Assembly (NCBI GenBank): GCA_012797845.1
Contig: JAAZOH010000025.1
Coordinates: 3,767 to 67,766 of the forward strand
Length of the DNA: 64,000 nt
Reading direction: 5' to 3'
From: Candidatus Beckwithbacteria bacterium
Lineage (GTDB): Bacteria > Patescibacteriota > Microgenomatia > UBA1400 > UBA1449
Shown here: in pieces, positions 37,555-47,444 of the stretch
How positions within the stretch are numbered: the first letter of the stretch is position 1
Layout of the letters: every line of letters begins with the position of its first letter
Notes under the pieces: model-generated
Seen by the model: the letters and a program-made list of their open reading frames with translations, nothing else
Told to the model about the DNA's origin: nothing
The model's database searches: none
Position numbers and translations under genes: made by a program

Positions 37555-38790
37555 TTTTTCTGCTTCTAAAAAAACCGCTCCTATCAAAAACACCATAGTC
37601 AAATATCCAACATAATTGTCCATAAAAAACCTGGAAAACAGCCAAAAAACCGTCAGAAAAATACCATAAGCAAAAACCAGAGAACTGATGGTTAAACGCT
37701 TTTTAAACCAGATAAAAAGAAATATCAATAAAGGTAGGCCTACAATTAACTGCAAAACAAAAAAGGGGAAATAAGCTGTGTCACTAGCTATAAAACCTGT
37801 TTCTAATAAAAGTTCAGATATCCCAATACCAGTGATAAAATAGCTGGTTGCCAGTCCTCCACCTGGGAAAAGGTAAACATCTTCAACAAAACTCCGTCCA
37901 TCCCAAAGCAAAAAACTGCCAAAAAAAATTAAAGTTAAAACAAAAAAAGGCCAGGTTTTCAAAAAGATCGATTTTACTTTTTCTAAAATCTCCTGATTTT
38001 GATAAATTTGCCAAAGATAGAAAAAATAAAATGGCAAGAGCAACCAACTTGATTGTTTACTAGCAATTGCCAGTCCTAAAATAGCTGATGAAGCTAGTAT
38101 TTTGCGTTTATAAAGTAAATACAAGCTTAAAAAGACCCAAGCAAAAACAAAAATATCATTCCGACCTTCAATAAAAAAATGAATAAAAATAGGATTAAAA
38201 ATAAATAGAGTCAGATATAAAATTTTCTTATCAAGGTTTTTAAATAATTTCCAAATTAAATAGATTGGAATTAAAAAAATCAATCCATGAACCATCCGCT
38301 CATCAAAAAAACCAAAAATGGTTTCAGTTGGATAGGAAAGTATTAGTGAAAATAAGGGGTAAAAAGGTAAAGTAACAAAATGATATAAAGCTCGGTTTAA
38401 GCGCTCTTCCTGATACCAAGCTTCTTGAGCTGTCCCAAAGTAGTCTTGTGTGTAAGGGTTTTTGCCTTGCTTTAAATATTTGATCGCTTCTTCAAGTTGA
38501 ATAGGGTTATCATGAACCGGATAACTATTGCCTAGTTGGTGACGCAAATTAATAGCCGTATAAAAACTTTTACCAACTGTCAGAAGTACTAACAGGCTAA
38601 AAATAGCAATCTTGCCGTATGTATAAAGTTTGCGATTGAGTTGTTTTTTATTTAAATCTAGATATAAAAAAACGATAATTAAAACAAAATAAAGAGGAAA
38701 AAGTTTAATATTAAACGTACTGGCTTTAACCCAAACATTGCCTTGGGTAAAGAAAAAGCTCAAAATAAAAATCAGTAAAAAATCAAGCAT
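37504..38790 (-). CDS. GT-C membrane glycosyltransferase (GT87-like)
   Basis: VHDN, GKNPY, GRNDIF, SKQ and NY motifs; multi-pass. Confidence 0.78.
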   Translation of the reverse strand: MLDFLLIFILSFFFTQGNVWVKASTFNIKLFPLYFVLIIVFLYLDLNKKQLNRKLYTYGKIAIFSLLVLLTVGKSFYTAINLRHQLGNSYPVHDNPIQLEEAIKYLKQGKNPYTQDYFGTAQEAWYQEERLNRALYHFVTLPFYPLFSLILSYPTETIFGFFDERMVHGLIFLIPIYLIWKLFKNLDKKILYLTLFIFNPIFIHFFIEGRNDIFVFAWVFLSLYLLYKRKILASSAILGLAIASKQSSWLLLPFYFFYLWQIYQNQEILEKVKSIFLKTWPFFVLTLIFFGSFLLWDGRSFVEDVYLFPGGGLATSYFITGIGISELLLETGFIASDTAYFPFFVLQLIVGLPLLIFLFIWFKKRLTISSLVFAYGIFLTVFWLFSRFFMDNYVGYLTMVFLIGAVFLEAEKSNCAHKNKLVSKKTRI

Positions 38791-38846
38791 AGTCCACAAT
38801 TTAAATCACAACTTTATCTTAACAAAATATGGTATTATCTCCAAAG

Positions 38847-39803
38847 ATGGCAAGCAAAACTCTTTTAATCACTGGCGGGGCAGGCTTTATTGGATCTTCT
38901 CTTATTGCCAAAATTATAGATCAATATCAGATTGTTTGTGTTGACAATTTTAATTCATATTACAATCCCAGCTGGAAAGAAGACAATGTCAAACCTTTTT
39001 TAACTCATCCTAATTTTAGATTATACAAAAGCAATATCGTTAATTTAGAAGATTTACGCCAGATTTTTAAAAACCACCACTTTGATAAAATTGTTCATTT
39101 AGCAGCTCGAGCCGGCGTCAGGCCTTCTATTGCTCAACCACTACTCTATGAAAAAGTTAATGTTCAAGGTACGCTCAATCTTTTAGAACTGGCTAAAGAG
39201 TATAAAATTCCTCATTTTATTTTTGCTTCCAGTTCTTCGGTTTATGGGAATCAGAATAAAGTTCCATTTAGTGAAACTGATCCGGTCAATGAGCCAATTT
39301 CTCCTTATGCTGCTACCAAAAAAGCTGGAGAAATGTTGTGTTATACCTATGCCCATCTTTATAAAATCAAAACTACTTGCTTACGCTTTTTTACTGTTTA
39401 TGGGCCTAAAGGCCGGCCTGATATGGCTCCTTACCTTTTTACCAAAGCTATCTTATCTGGCGAACCGATTACCAAGTTTGGTGACGGCAAAAGCAAGCGG
39501 GATTATACCTATATTGATGATATTGTAGCTGGCGTTATCAAAACCATTGAGCAACAATTTGATTTTGAAATTTTTAATTTGGGCAATAATCAACCAGTTG
39601 AGCTCAATGAATTTATTAAAACGATTGAGGAAGTGACTGGTAAAATCTTAGAAACGGTTGATTTGCCAATGCAAGCTGGTGATGTTACTCAAACTTATGC
39701 CAACATCGAAAAGGCTAAAAAACTTCTTGCCTGGGAACCCAAAACTTCCCTAAAAGAAGGCTTAACTAAATTTGTTAACTGGTACCAACAGGCTAGAAAC
39801 TAA
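38847..39803 (+). CDS. NAD-dependent nucleotide-sugar epimerase (UDP-glucuronate 4-epimerase-like)
   Basis: GGAGFIG, HLAARAGVRPS, ASSSSVYG, SPYAATKKAGE and LRFFTVYGPKGRPDMA motifs. Confidence 0.9.
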   Translation: MASKTLLITGGAGFIGSSLIAKIIDQYQIVCVDNFNSYYNPSWKEDNVKPFLTHPNFRLYKSNIVNLEDLRQIFKNHHFDKIVHLAARAGVRPSIAQPLLYEKVNVQGTLNLLELAKEYKIPHFIFASSSSVYGNQNKVPFSETDPVNEPISPYAATKKAGEMLCYTYAHLYKIKTTCLRFFTVYGPKGRPDMAPYLFTKAILSGEPITKFGDGKSKRDYTYIDDIVAGVIKTIEQQFDFEIFNLGNNQPVELNEFIKTIEEVTGKILETVDLPMQAGDVTQTYANIEKAKKLLAWEPKTSLKEGLTKFVNWYQQARN

Positions 39804-39849
39804 TTTTTCTATTCCCCAATTCTAAACTCATCAAGTATAATGCAAGACA

Positions 39850-41196
39850 ATGGCTAAAGATGTAAACCATATTACTATTTTAGGTGGTGGTCCAGCCGGA
39901 CTGGCCATGGCTTTTTATGCCCATAAAACCAAGTTGCCACTCACTCTTTATGAAGCTCAAGCTCAAGTGGGAGGCACCTGTCAAACCTTTAAATTTGAAG
40001 GGTTTCGCTATGATAGTGGCGCTCACCGCTTTCATGATAAAAATCCTCGTATTACCAAAGAAGTAGTTAGTCTCATGGGCAAGGATCTTAAAAAGATTTA
40101 TGTCCCCACTCAAATTTACCAAAATGGCAAATTTATCGATTTTCCTTTAAGGCCTATTAATTTATTTAAACATTTAGGACCAATTACATTTATTAAAGCT
40201 GGATTTGAAGTAGTGTTTAACCAGCTTTTCTCCAGTAGGCAGAAGAGAAGTTTTGCTGATTTTGCCATTACCACCTATGGCCAAACTATTGCTAATTTAT
40301 TGCTACTTAAATATTCAGCCCGACTTTGGGGCCGACCTTGCCAGCAATTATCTTTAAGCATTGGCGGCAAACGTTTCAAGGGCCTCAACCTAAAGTCTTT
40401 TCTAACTGAAGCCTTGCTAGGCGAAAAAGCCCGCATTGAACATTTAGAAGGAGCTTCATTTTATTATCCTGATCTTGGCATTGGTATGATCATGGACCGG
40501 CTTATTCAAGATATTGATCAAAAAGATATTAAAACCAAATCTAAAATTACTAAAATTTTTCACAATGGCAAAAAAATTGAAGCAATAGAAATTAATGGCA
40601 AAACTAAAACACCTGTTGATCAGCTGGTTAGTTCTTTACCTATTTCTTATTTTTTACAAATCATGGATCCCAAACCACCAAAAGCAATTTTAGAACTAGC
40701 TCAGGACTTACAATTCAGAGATATGATTTTAGTAGCCGTTTTTATTAATAAAGCAAGCATTACCAAATCAGCCACGGTTTATTTTCATGATAAAGACTAT
40801 TTATTTACCCGTATTTACGAGCCCAGAAACCGCTCAGGCTTTATGTCGCCTAAAGGAAAAACTTCTTTAGTTGCCGAAATCCCCTGCCAAAAAGGGGATA
40901 GCTACTGGCAAACTGATGACCAAGAATTAGTTGATCAAGTTGTCAAAAAATTGATTAAAGCTGGCTGGCTTAAAAAAGAAAATATTATCGCCACTCAAGT
41001 CAAACGAATGGAAGCTACCTACCCAATTCTTGAGCTTGGTTATGAGCAGAAAGTTGCTCAGGTTAATGAGTACCTGAAACGCTTTCCTAATTTATATTTA
41101 ACTGGTCGCAATGGTAAATTTGTTTATTCCTGGATTCATAATATGATGGAATATGCCCAGGAAATTATTGCTCAAATTAAACCTCAAGCAAAATGA
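39850..41196 (+). CDS. FAD-dependent oxidoreductase, UDP-pyranose mutase-like
   Basis: GGGPAGL, DSGAHRF, FTRIYEPRN, TYP and GRNGKFVY motifs. Confidence 0.75.
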   Translation: MAKDVNHITILGGGPAGLAMAFYAHKTKLPLTLYEAQAQVGGTCQTFKFEGFRYDSGAHRFHDKNPRITKEVVSLMGKDLKKIYVPTQIYQNGKFIDFPLRPINLFKHLGPITFIKAGFEVVFNQLFSSRQKRSFADFAITTYGQTIANLLLLKYSARLWGRPCQQLSLSIGGKRFKGLNLKSFLTEALLGEKARIEHLEGASFYYPDLGIGMIMDRLIQDIDQKDIKTKSKITKIFHNGKKIEAIEINGKTKTPVDQLVSSLPISYFLQIMDPKPPKAILELAQDLQFRDMILVAVFINKASITKSATVYFHDKDYLFTRIYEPRNRSGFMSPKGKTSLVAEIPCQKGDSYWQTDDQELVDQVVKKLIKAGWLKKENIIATQVKRMEATYPILELGYEQKVAQVNEYLKRFPNLYLTGRNGKFVYSWIHNMMEYAQEIIAQIKPQAK

Positions 41197-42797
41197 ATTT
41201 CTTCCAAACTAATTCAGCTAAACAAAGAGCAATTTTAATTTTAAGTTTTATTGTTCTTTTTCTTATTGCATGTCTTTTTGTCCTATCTTTATTTAGATAT
41301 TTTAATCACGATGGCTTTGAGCATATCCATACCACCTGGTATCTAACGCAAGGGAAAGTTCCATACAAAGATTTTTACCAGCATCACAATCCTCTGTTTT
41401 GGTATCTTTTATATCCGATTGTATTTTTATTACAAAATAATAGTTTTATTTTGATATCTGCAAGAGTTTTAATGTGGTTACTAGCTGTTGGCATCGGTAT
41501 TACAACTTACTTTCTTTGTTTTAAGGTAAGTAGGCAAAAAATTCTCAGTCTTTTTTCAGTTCTACTTTTACTGGCTTGCCCATTTTTTCTAGGTTCAGCT
41601 ATAGAAATCCGCCCCGATGTACCTCAAGTTCTTTTTGGCTTAACTTCCATCTATTTTTTATTGGATTTTTTTGACAAAAATTCAAAAAAAAGCTTAACCA
41701 TTTCGTCTTTTTTTGTTTCGTTTTCTTTTCTTTTCTTGCAAAAAACTATTTTTTTACTTACAGCCTATGCTTTCCTTTTTATGTATGAATTTCTTAGAAA
41801 AAAAATAGCTATCAAACAAATTGTGTTTTTTGTTTTAGTTTTTTTAATTCCACAGTTTATTTTTATTCTATGGCTGTACATTAATAACGCTTTGCCTGAT
41901 TATATTCTAACTAGCTGGCAAATGAACGTAGCTCGCAAAGATTCAGTTTCTCCTTTTTGGATTGTAAAAAGTATTTATGGTTTAGCGTTTTTTGGTAGCT
42001 GCATTATTTCTAGTCTAGGGATACTGAGTATCAAAATATTTACTCAAACTCAAAAAAAACTTGCCTTTTTAAGTTTAACCTTATTGGCTTCAGTTTTTAT
42101 TGTTCCATATGCTTATTTGCAATATTTTTTATTTAGCATTCCGCTGCTTATTATCAATTTAGCATTATTTAGTGCTTACTTTTTAAAAAAAATACAGAAT
42201 ATTTTTAATATACATATTGTTTTCATTTTGATCTTGGGTTCTATTGTCCTCTTTTTCATACATCCTTATTTACAGGAAACTAAATTATTTGCCCTAGTTT
42301 TTTTTATTTTTGCTTGTATAGCCATGTACCTTATTAAACCTAAGGCTATGTATACATATGCAGCTTTATCTATATGTCTAACCCTGTATTTTTGCCCTAC
42401 ATATCTTCATTATTCCCATCTTTGGAAGCAAAATAAAACTAATATTAAACAGCGTAAGATCATTGATTTAGTTGTTAAAAACACCAAACCAGAAGATATG
42501 GTTTATGACGGCAATATCAACTATAATTTATTCCGTCCTGATCTACATTATTTTTGGTATTCAATTAAAGAAAATAGAGGCCTAGGAACATACAATCGGC
42601 TAACTAATAATAAATATGGAAATTTTAATCTTTGCAGCTTGATTGAAAATCAAAAACCAGCAGTAATTTCAGGCTTTGGTTACAACATTGATCAATGTGG
42701 TTTGAAAAAATACTATCAAAAAATTATAACTAAGAAAGATTATGTAGTTGCTATTTATGTAAGAAAAGATTTAAATATTTCACCTACTGAACTTTAA
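41193..42797 (+). CDS. GT-C fold glycosyltransferase (paralog A)
   Basis: HDGFEHIH, PYKDFYQHHNPL, EIRPD, QK and QYF motifs. Confidence 0.78.
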   Translation: MNFFQTNSAKQRAILILSFIVLFLIACLFVLSLFRYFNHDGFEHIHTTWYLTQGKVPYKDFYQHHNPLFWYLLYPIVFLLQNNSFILISARVLMWLLAVGIGITTYFLCFKVSRQKILSLFSVLLLLACPFFLGSAIEIRPDVPQVLFGLTSIYFLLDFFDKNSKKSLTISSFFVSFSFLFLQKTIFLLTAYAFLFMYEFLRKKIAIKQIVFFVLVFLIPQFIFILWLYINNALPDYILTSWQMNVARKDSVSPFWIVKSIYGLAFFGSCIISSLGILSIKIFTQTQKKLAFLSLTLLASVFIVPYAYLQYFLFSIPLLIINLALFSAYFLKKIQNIFNIHIVFILILGSIVLFFIHPYLQETKLFALVFFIFACIAMYLIKPKAMYTYAALSICLTLYFCPTYLHYSHLWKQNKTNIKQRKIIDLVVKNTKPEDMVYDGNINYNLFRPDLHYFWYSIKENRGLGTYNRLTNNKYGNFNLCSLIENQKPAVISGFGYNIDQCGLKKYYQKIITKKDYVVAIYVRKDLNISPTEL

Positions 42798-44164
42798 ACC
42801 ATGCAAAAAATAAATAAAACCATAGCCCACTATTTCACTTACTTGCTTTTAGCAATCTTATTTATTCTAAGTATTAATCTGTCTTACAATGCTATTTTTA
42901 GACATTTTGACCATGATGAATATGAACACATTCATACTACCTGGTACCTTACTCAAAGCCAACTCCCATACAAAGATTTTTACCAACACCACAATCCTCT
43001 GTTTTGGTACGCCTTAGCACCAATAGTTGCTATTTTTAATAGTAGCTCTTCGGTTTTGATAGCTGGGCGAATTTTCATGCTTTTACAAGTCTTAGCTATG
43101 GGTTTTTTAGTTTTTAAAATCACTAAGCTTATTACTAAAAATATTCAAACTTCACTACTAGCTCCTATTTTTTTATTTTCAACTCCATTTTTCATTGAAA
43201 AAAGTTATGAGATCCGTCCCGATGTGCCACAGGTCCTTTTTGGACTAGCTTCTATCTACTTTCTCTTTCATTTTCTGGAAACTAAAAGAGTGAAATCTTG
43301 GATCTTATCAGCCGTACTTGCCACTTTTTCTTTTCTTTTTTTACAAAAAACTATTTTTTTACTGATAGCCTATGTTCCGGTTTTTTTATATTTACTAGTT
43401 ACTAAAAAAATAGCTATTAAACACATTTTGTTTTACGGCTTGGCATTTTTAGCTCCTCTTTTACTTTTTGCTATTTATTTATATGGTAATCAGATATTTC
43501 CTGATTATATTCTAACTAACTGGCTAATGAACAATAGTCGCACTGATTCTTTCTCGCCCACTTGGATTATAAAGACTAATTATGGAGCCTTTTTCTTTAG
43601 TATAACTATAATTAGCTCAATTGTTCTTTTACTTTTCAAAAAGTTTTCGCTTTCTACAAAAATCGTTGCTTTTTTGGCTCTTGCCTTACTAGCATCTATA
43701 TTAATGGTAAACTATCCCTATCTTCAGTATTTTTTATTTCCATTACCATTACTTAGTGTTTGTTTGGCGATTTTTATCAGCAAAATTCATTTAAAATTTA
43801 ATCCTAAATCAAAGCTTATATTCACTATTTTAGGATCAATTGGTATTTTAGCCTTATCTTTTTTTTATGGGAAATGGCAAATTACATTGCCTGTTTTTAT
43901 AGTTTTAATTATTTTGTCTGCAATATATTTGGGTTTGCATTATAAAAAGTTGGTTTATGGGCAAATTCCCCAACTTTGTTTGATTATTTTATTGATTTTA
44001 CCTGCTTATTATTTTTCTTATGAAACTGCTACTCAAAAAAGCAACAGCTTAGATCGAAAAGTGATTGATTTGGTTCTTACCAATTCAAGACCAACTGATA
44101 AAGTTTATGACGGCAATATCAACTATAATTTATTCCGTCCTGATCTACATTATTTTTGGTATTC
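42501..44164 (+). repeat. 62-bp identical direct repeat (42501-42562 and 44103-44164) within tandem paralogs
   Basis: GTTTATGACGGCAATATCAACTATAATTTATTCCGTCCTGATCTACATTATTTTTGGTATTC occurs twice. Confidence 0.9.
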
Positions 44165-44375
44165 GATTGGCAAAGACAGGGGACTGGATACGTATAATCG
44201 TTTGACCAATAATAAGTATGGTGACTTTAATACCTGCAATTTAGTTATAACGTATAAACCTAAATTTATCTCTGACTATGGTTTAGATATAAAAACTTGC
44301 GGCCTGGAAGGAACATATATGGAAGTAATTAATCGAGGCCAGTATTTAGATGCGATTTATATCCGTAAAAACTAA
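42801..44375 (+). CDS. GT-C fold glycosyltransferase (paralog B)
   Basis: HDEYEHIH, PYKDFYQHHNPL and EIRPD motifs; colinear paralog of 41193-42797. Confidence 0.8.
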   Translation: MQKINKTIAHYFTYLLLAILFILSINLSYNAIFRHFDHDEYEHIHTTWYLTQSQLPYKDFYQHHNPLFWYALAPIVAIFNSSSSVLIAGRIFMLLQVLAMGFLVFKITKLITKNIQTSLLAPIFLFSTPFFIEKSYEIRPDVPQVLFGLASIYFLFHFLETKRVKSWILSAVLATFSFLFLQKTIFLLIAYVPVFLYLLVTKKIAIKHILFYGLAFLAPLLLFAIYLYGNQIFPDYILTNWLMNNSRTDSFSPTWIIKTNYGAFFFSITIISSIVLLLFKKFSLSTKIVAFLALALLASILMVNYPYLQYFLFPLPLLSVCLAIFISKIHLKFNPKSKLIFTILGSIGILALSFFYGKWQITLPVFIVLIILSAIYLGLHYKKLVYGQIPQLCLIILLILPAYYFSYETATQKSNSLDRKVIDLVLTNSRPTDKVYDGNINYNLFRPDLHYFWYSIGKDRGLDTYNRLTNNKYGDFNTCNLVITYKPKFISDYGLDIKTCGLEGTYMEVINRGQYLDAIYIRKN

Positions 44376-44419
44376 GACTCTATTCATCTCTCAATATCCT
44401 CGCGTATAATACTTTTACT

Positions 44420-45409
44420 ATGTTTGGCAAAAAACTTTCCCCAAAACTATTACTTTTTCTTCCAATTGCTACTTATCTAGTTTCTTACATTTACTTGGCT
44501 TTTTATCATCATAAATTTTGGCTTTGGAATGTAGTAGTTCATGAAGGCGGGGAATATACCCTACTACAAACCACTTTATATGCTTCACATTTTTTAGGCC
44601 ATATTCCTGTTCACACCCTTTTGGCCTTTTTGCTCCTTGGTTTGTATTTAATTCTTACCAAGCCTAAAACTATTAGCTCAAACCATATTTCCAGCTTTAT
44701 ATTAATAGTTTTACTCTTAGCTTTTCTCGCTACCTCAGTACTTATCAGCAACAATCTGTTTGGCTGGCACGACACTTGGCTTTATATCGCACAAGGCAAG
44801 CAAAGCCTAGCAACATACGGGGAAGGTGGTTCCTGGAATTTGCATATCCCTAGCACCATGTTACTTTTTTTCTTACTCCCGATGTATGTTTTGCTTATAA
44901 AATATTTGTTTTCGAGAAAGATCGAATTTTCTAAACAAGGCTTGAGTTTAATTGCTATTGCCTTTGGTCTTTTTGTAGCTATGACTTTACTGGTTAATAC
45001 CAATCCTATTAGTGCTATTATTTCAATTTGGCAAACCCCTCGCTACCTAGCTCACAGCATCCGGGAACTGGCCACTTTCCCTCTCACCTATTTTCCAATT
45101 CCTTTGTATTTTTATATAAGAAATGAAGCTAAAGCTAAAAATCAAGTCAAATTAAACAAAGTAACTCTAATTATCATCTTACTTTTTTTCATTGGGTTTT
45201 TAGGGATTTTGTATCAAGCTGTAATCTCTTTACATAGCGATGTTGGTTCTATTGCCCAAAAGCCTGATTTTGCTAAAAATGGCGAACTTTCTATTATCTA
45301 TTTACTCGCCTCACATTATTTTGAACATTTTCTCGATACTATTTATTTCACCTTGTTAAGCCTGTTGCTTTATATTCAGGCAATTAAACTTTTTCATTAT
45401 GAAAAATAA
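44420..45409 (+). CDS. Uncharacterised His-rich multi-pass membrane protein
   Basis: About 7-8 TM segments with HEGG, HFLGHIPVH, WNLH, HSIRE and HYFEHFLD motifs. Confidence 0.7.
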   Translation: MFGKKLSPKLLLFLPIATYLVSYIYLAFYHHKFWLWNVVVHEGGEYTLLQTTLYASHFLGHIPVHTLLAFLLLGLYLILTKPKTISSNHISSFILIVLLLAFLATSVLISNNLFGWHDTWLYIAQGKQSLATYGEGGSWNLHIPSTMLLFFLLPMYVLLIKYLFSRKIEFSKQGLSLIAIAFGLFVAMTLLVNTNPISAIISIWQTPRYLAHSIRELATFPLTYFPIPLYFYIRNEAKAKNQVKLNKVTLIIILLFFIGFLGILYQAVISLHSDVGSIAQKPDFAKNGELSIIYLLASHYFEHFLDTIYFTLLSLLLYIQAIKLFHYEK

Positions 45410-46370
45410 ATCTTGGCTCATTCATTTTTTTTCTCTTGGTCTTGGGTTTTTCCTGCTTTTTTTGTTAATTAAAAAAATTGGCACTAATGATTTTTGGCAA
45501 ATCTTAAAACATACTTCCTTGCTTTGGCTGTTAATTGCTATTGCTACATATTGTTCGTCTTGGTTTTTTCGAACTTTACGTTTACAAAAATTTACGACTT
45601 TCAACCAGGGGCAAATTTCCTTTTTTAATCTTTTTAAACTACGGATTTCTGGCTTTGCCCTCAATTCATTGTTACCGGGAAAACTAGGTGATGCGGCCAC
45701 TATTGGCTATCTTAAACTTCATGGTCTTAAAATCGGTCCTAGTGCTGCCATTGTGTTCCAAGTTAGAGTTTTAGATTTATTGTCTTTTATTTTACTGTCC
45801 CTACCGGCTTTACTTCTTTTTAAAGATAAAAGCAATCAGCCACTCAACCAGCTTTTACTTGTCAGTGCTATTGTTATTTTAATAATTTTTGCAATTACAC
45901 TAACCGATAAACACACCGGTTTTGGGCGGTGGTTTCGGCTTTTTGGCAAAAGATTTTCCAATTTAAAACTGCAAAAAGTTTTTGATAAATTAGCTGATTT
46001 ATATGAAAGCTATACCGCCATGGTTGCTCACAAACGTTTTCTGATAATCTCAATTTTGTTATCACTACTTATTTGGTTTATTGAGGGTCTAACGGCTTTT
46101 GTAGTTGCCAAAGCCATTGGTAGCACTATAAGCTTGCCGCTACTTATTGTTGCTTTGTCACTGGCTAATATTAGTAAAATTTTTCCTATTACTCCGGGTG
46201 GCATTGGTATTTATGAAACCGTTTTTGCTAGTAGTTTAAGTTTTTTTGGGATTCCTTTTGATCAAGCCTTAATGGTGGGAATTTTTGATCATAATTTGAA
46301 AAAATTATTTAATATTGTCATCGGCATTCCTTTTACTAGCACTACCAGTAAGAAATTTTTAAAACTATGA
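45399..46370 (+). CDS. Lysylphosphatidylglycerol-synthase TM-domain (UPF0104/MprF-like) flippase
   Basis: GFALNSLLPGKLGD, RVLDL and PITPGGIGIYE motifs. Confidence 0.88.
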   Translation: MKNKSWLIHFFSLGLGFFLLFLLIKKIGTNDFWQILKHTSLLWLLIAIATYCSSWFFRTLRLQKFTTFNQGQISFFNLFKLRISGFALNSLLPGKLGDAATIGYLKLHGLKIGPSAAIVFQVRVLDLLSFILLSLPALLLFKDKSNQPLNQLLLVSAIVILIIFAITLTDKHTGFGRWFRLFGKRFSNLKLQKVFDKLADLYESYTAMVAHKRFLIISILLSLLIWFIEGLTAFVVAKAIGSTISLPLLIVALSLANISKIFPITPGGIGIYETVFASSLSFFGIPFDQALMVGIFDHNLKKLFNIVIGIPFTSTTSKKFLKL

Positions 46371-47380
46371 AACAAATAGCTAAACACAGTAAAAGCGAAG
46401 CCATTAACATCCTGACAAGTCTATTGATTTTTTGTGTTTTATTTCTTCATCGCGGTTTTTACACCATGAAATTTATTAGTGTTTCAAATTTTGGTTTTAA
46501 TGCTCTGGCTTACTTTGCAGTAGGTGGTTTTATTTTTCTTTCCGGCTATAAGCTCACTAAATCAAAGCTGCAGAACTCTTTTACTGCCTTTTGGAAAAAC
46601 CGCTTTACCAGAATTTATCCTTTATATCTTTTAGCTATTATTAGTTATGTTTTAATCATTTATTCAACAGCTTCATGGCAAGAAATAGTCAAACACTTGC
46701 TGCTAATTCAAATTTTTATTCCTCATCTTCTGGGTCAAAATTTTCTGACACTCTATTTTGTGGGTCTTATTTTTGCTTATTATTTGTTTTTTAGCCTGAC
46801 CAAATCGTTGCTTAAAAAACCACTGTTGTTTTTACTGGCCTATGGAATTGCTATGACAAGCATTGTGGGCGCAGCTTTTCTGACCCGTAATTCTTGGCAG
46901 CTTATTGAACCACGCCTTATCTTATATTTGACCATGTTTGCTGGCAGTATGCTTTTTGCTTATTATGAGGAATTTTTACCAAAAGCTAAACCGTTTATTA
47001 TCGCTCTTAGCTTTATAATTCCCATACTGTGTTTGCTTTTACTCAAACACCATAGCTTACTGGAACCAGCTCATTTTTTTGCCAAACCTGGGTTTATTAC
47101 TCTTATAATTGCTCCAATTTTTATAAGTTTTTATTATGGTTTTATCAATTTACCTTTCAAAAAAAATAGGCTAACTCAAGCAGCGGCTTACATTTCTCAA
47201 GCTTCATTTGCTATGTTTTTGTTTCACCGCCCTATTTGGGAACTCATGAAAAAAATCTACCCAACTTACTGTTTTACCCAATGGCTCTTTATTCTTGGCT
47301 TGGGAATCCCGCTTATCATCATAGTTTCGGCTCAAATCCAAAATAGTTACACCAAACTTCTTGGTAAATTGCAACAATAG
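46367..47380 (+). CDS. Acyltransferase-3 (OafA-like) membrane O-acyltransferase
   Basis: AVGGFIFLSGY, FWKNRFTRIYPLY and SFAMFLFH.PI motifs. Confidence 0.85.
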   Translation: MKQIAKHSKSEAINILTSLLIFCVLFLHRGFYTMKFISVSNFGFNALAYFAVGGFIFLSGYKLTKSKLQNSFTAFWKNRFTRIYPLYLLAIISYVLIIYSTASWQEIVKHLLLIQIFIPHLLGQNFLTLYFVGLIFAYYLFFSLTKSLLKKPLLFLLAYGIAMTSIVGAAFLTRNSWQLIEPRLILYLTMFAGSMLFAYYEEFLPKAKPFIIALSFIIPILCLLLLKHHSLLEPAHFFAKPGFITLIIAPIFISFYYGFINLPFKKNRLTQAAAYISQASFAMFLFHRPIWELMKKIYPTYCFTQWLFILGLGIPLIIIVSAQIQNSYTKLLGKLQQ

Positions 47381-47444
47381 CATTGCGATTTTGTAAAATA
47401 ATAAGTTGATTAATTAGACTAGCTACGCTAGTATGTAAGCCTGT

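Noticed and set aside
42501-44164. 62-bp repeat as a DGR template/variable pair or CRISPR repeat
   Set aside because: No adenine-specific mismatches, no reverse transcriptase or cas genes, only two copies, both in-frame in paralogs.
47428-47442. ACTAGC-TAC-GCTAGT hairpin upstream of fcl as JUMPstart/ops
   Set aside because: Lacks the GGCGGTAG ops core; a 6-bp stem is too weak to call.
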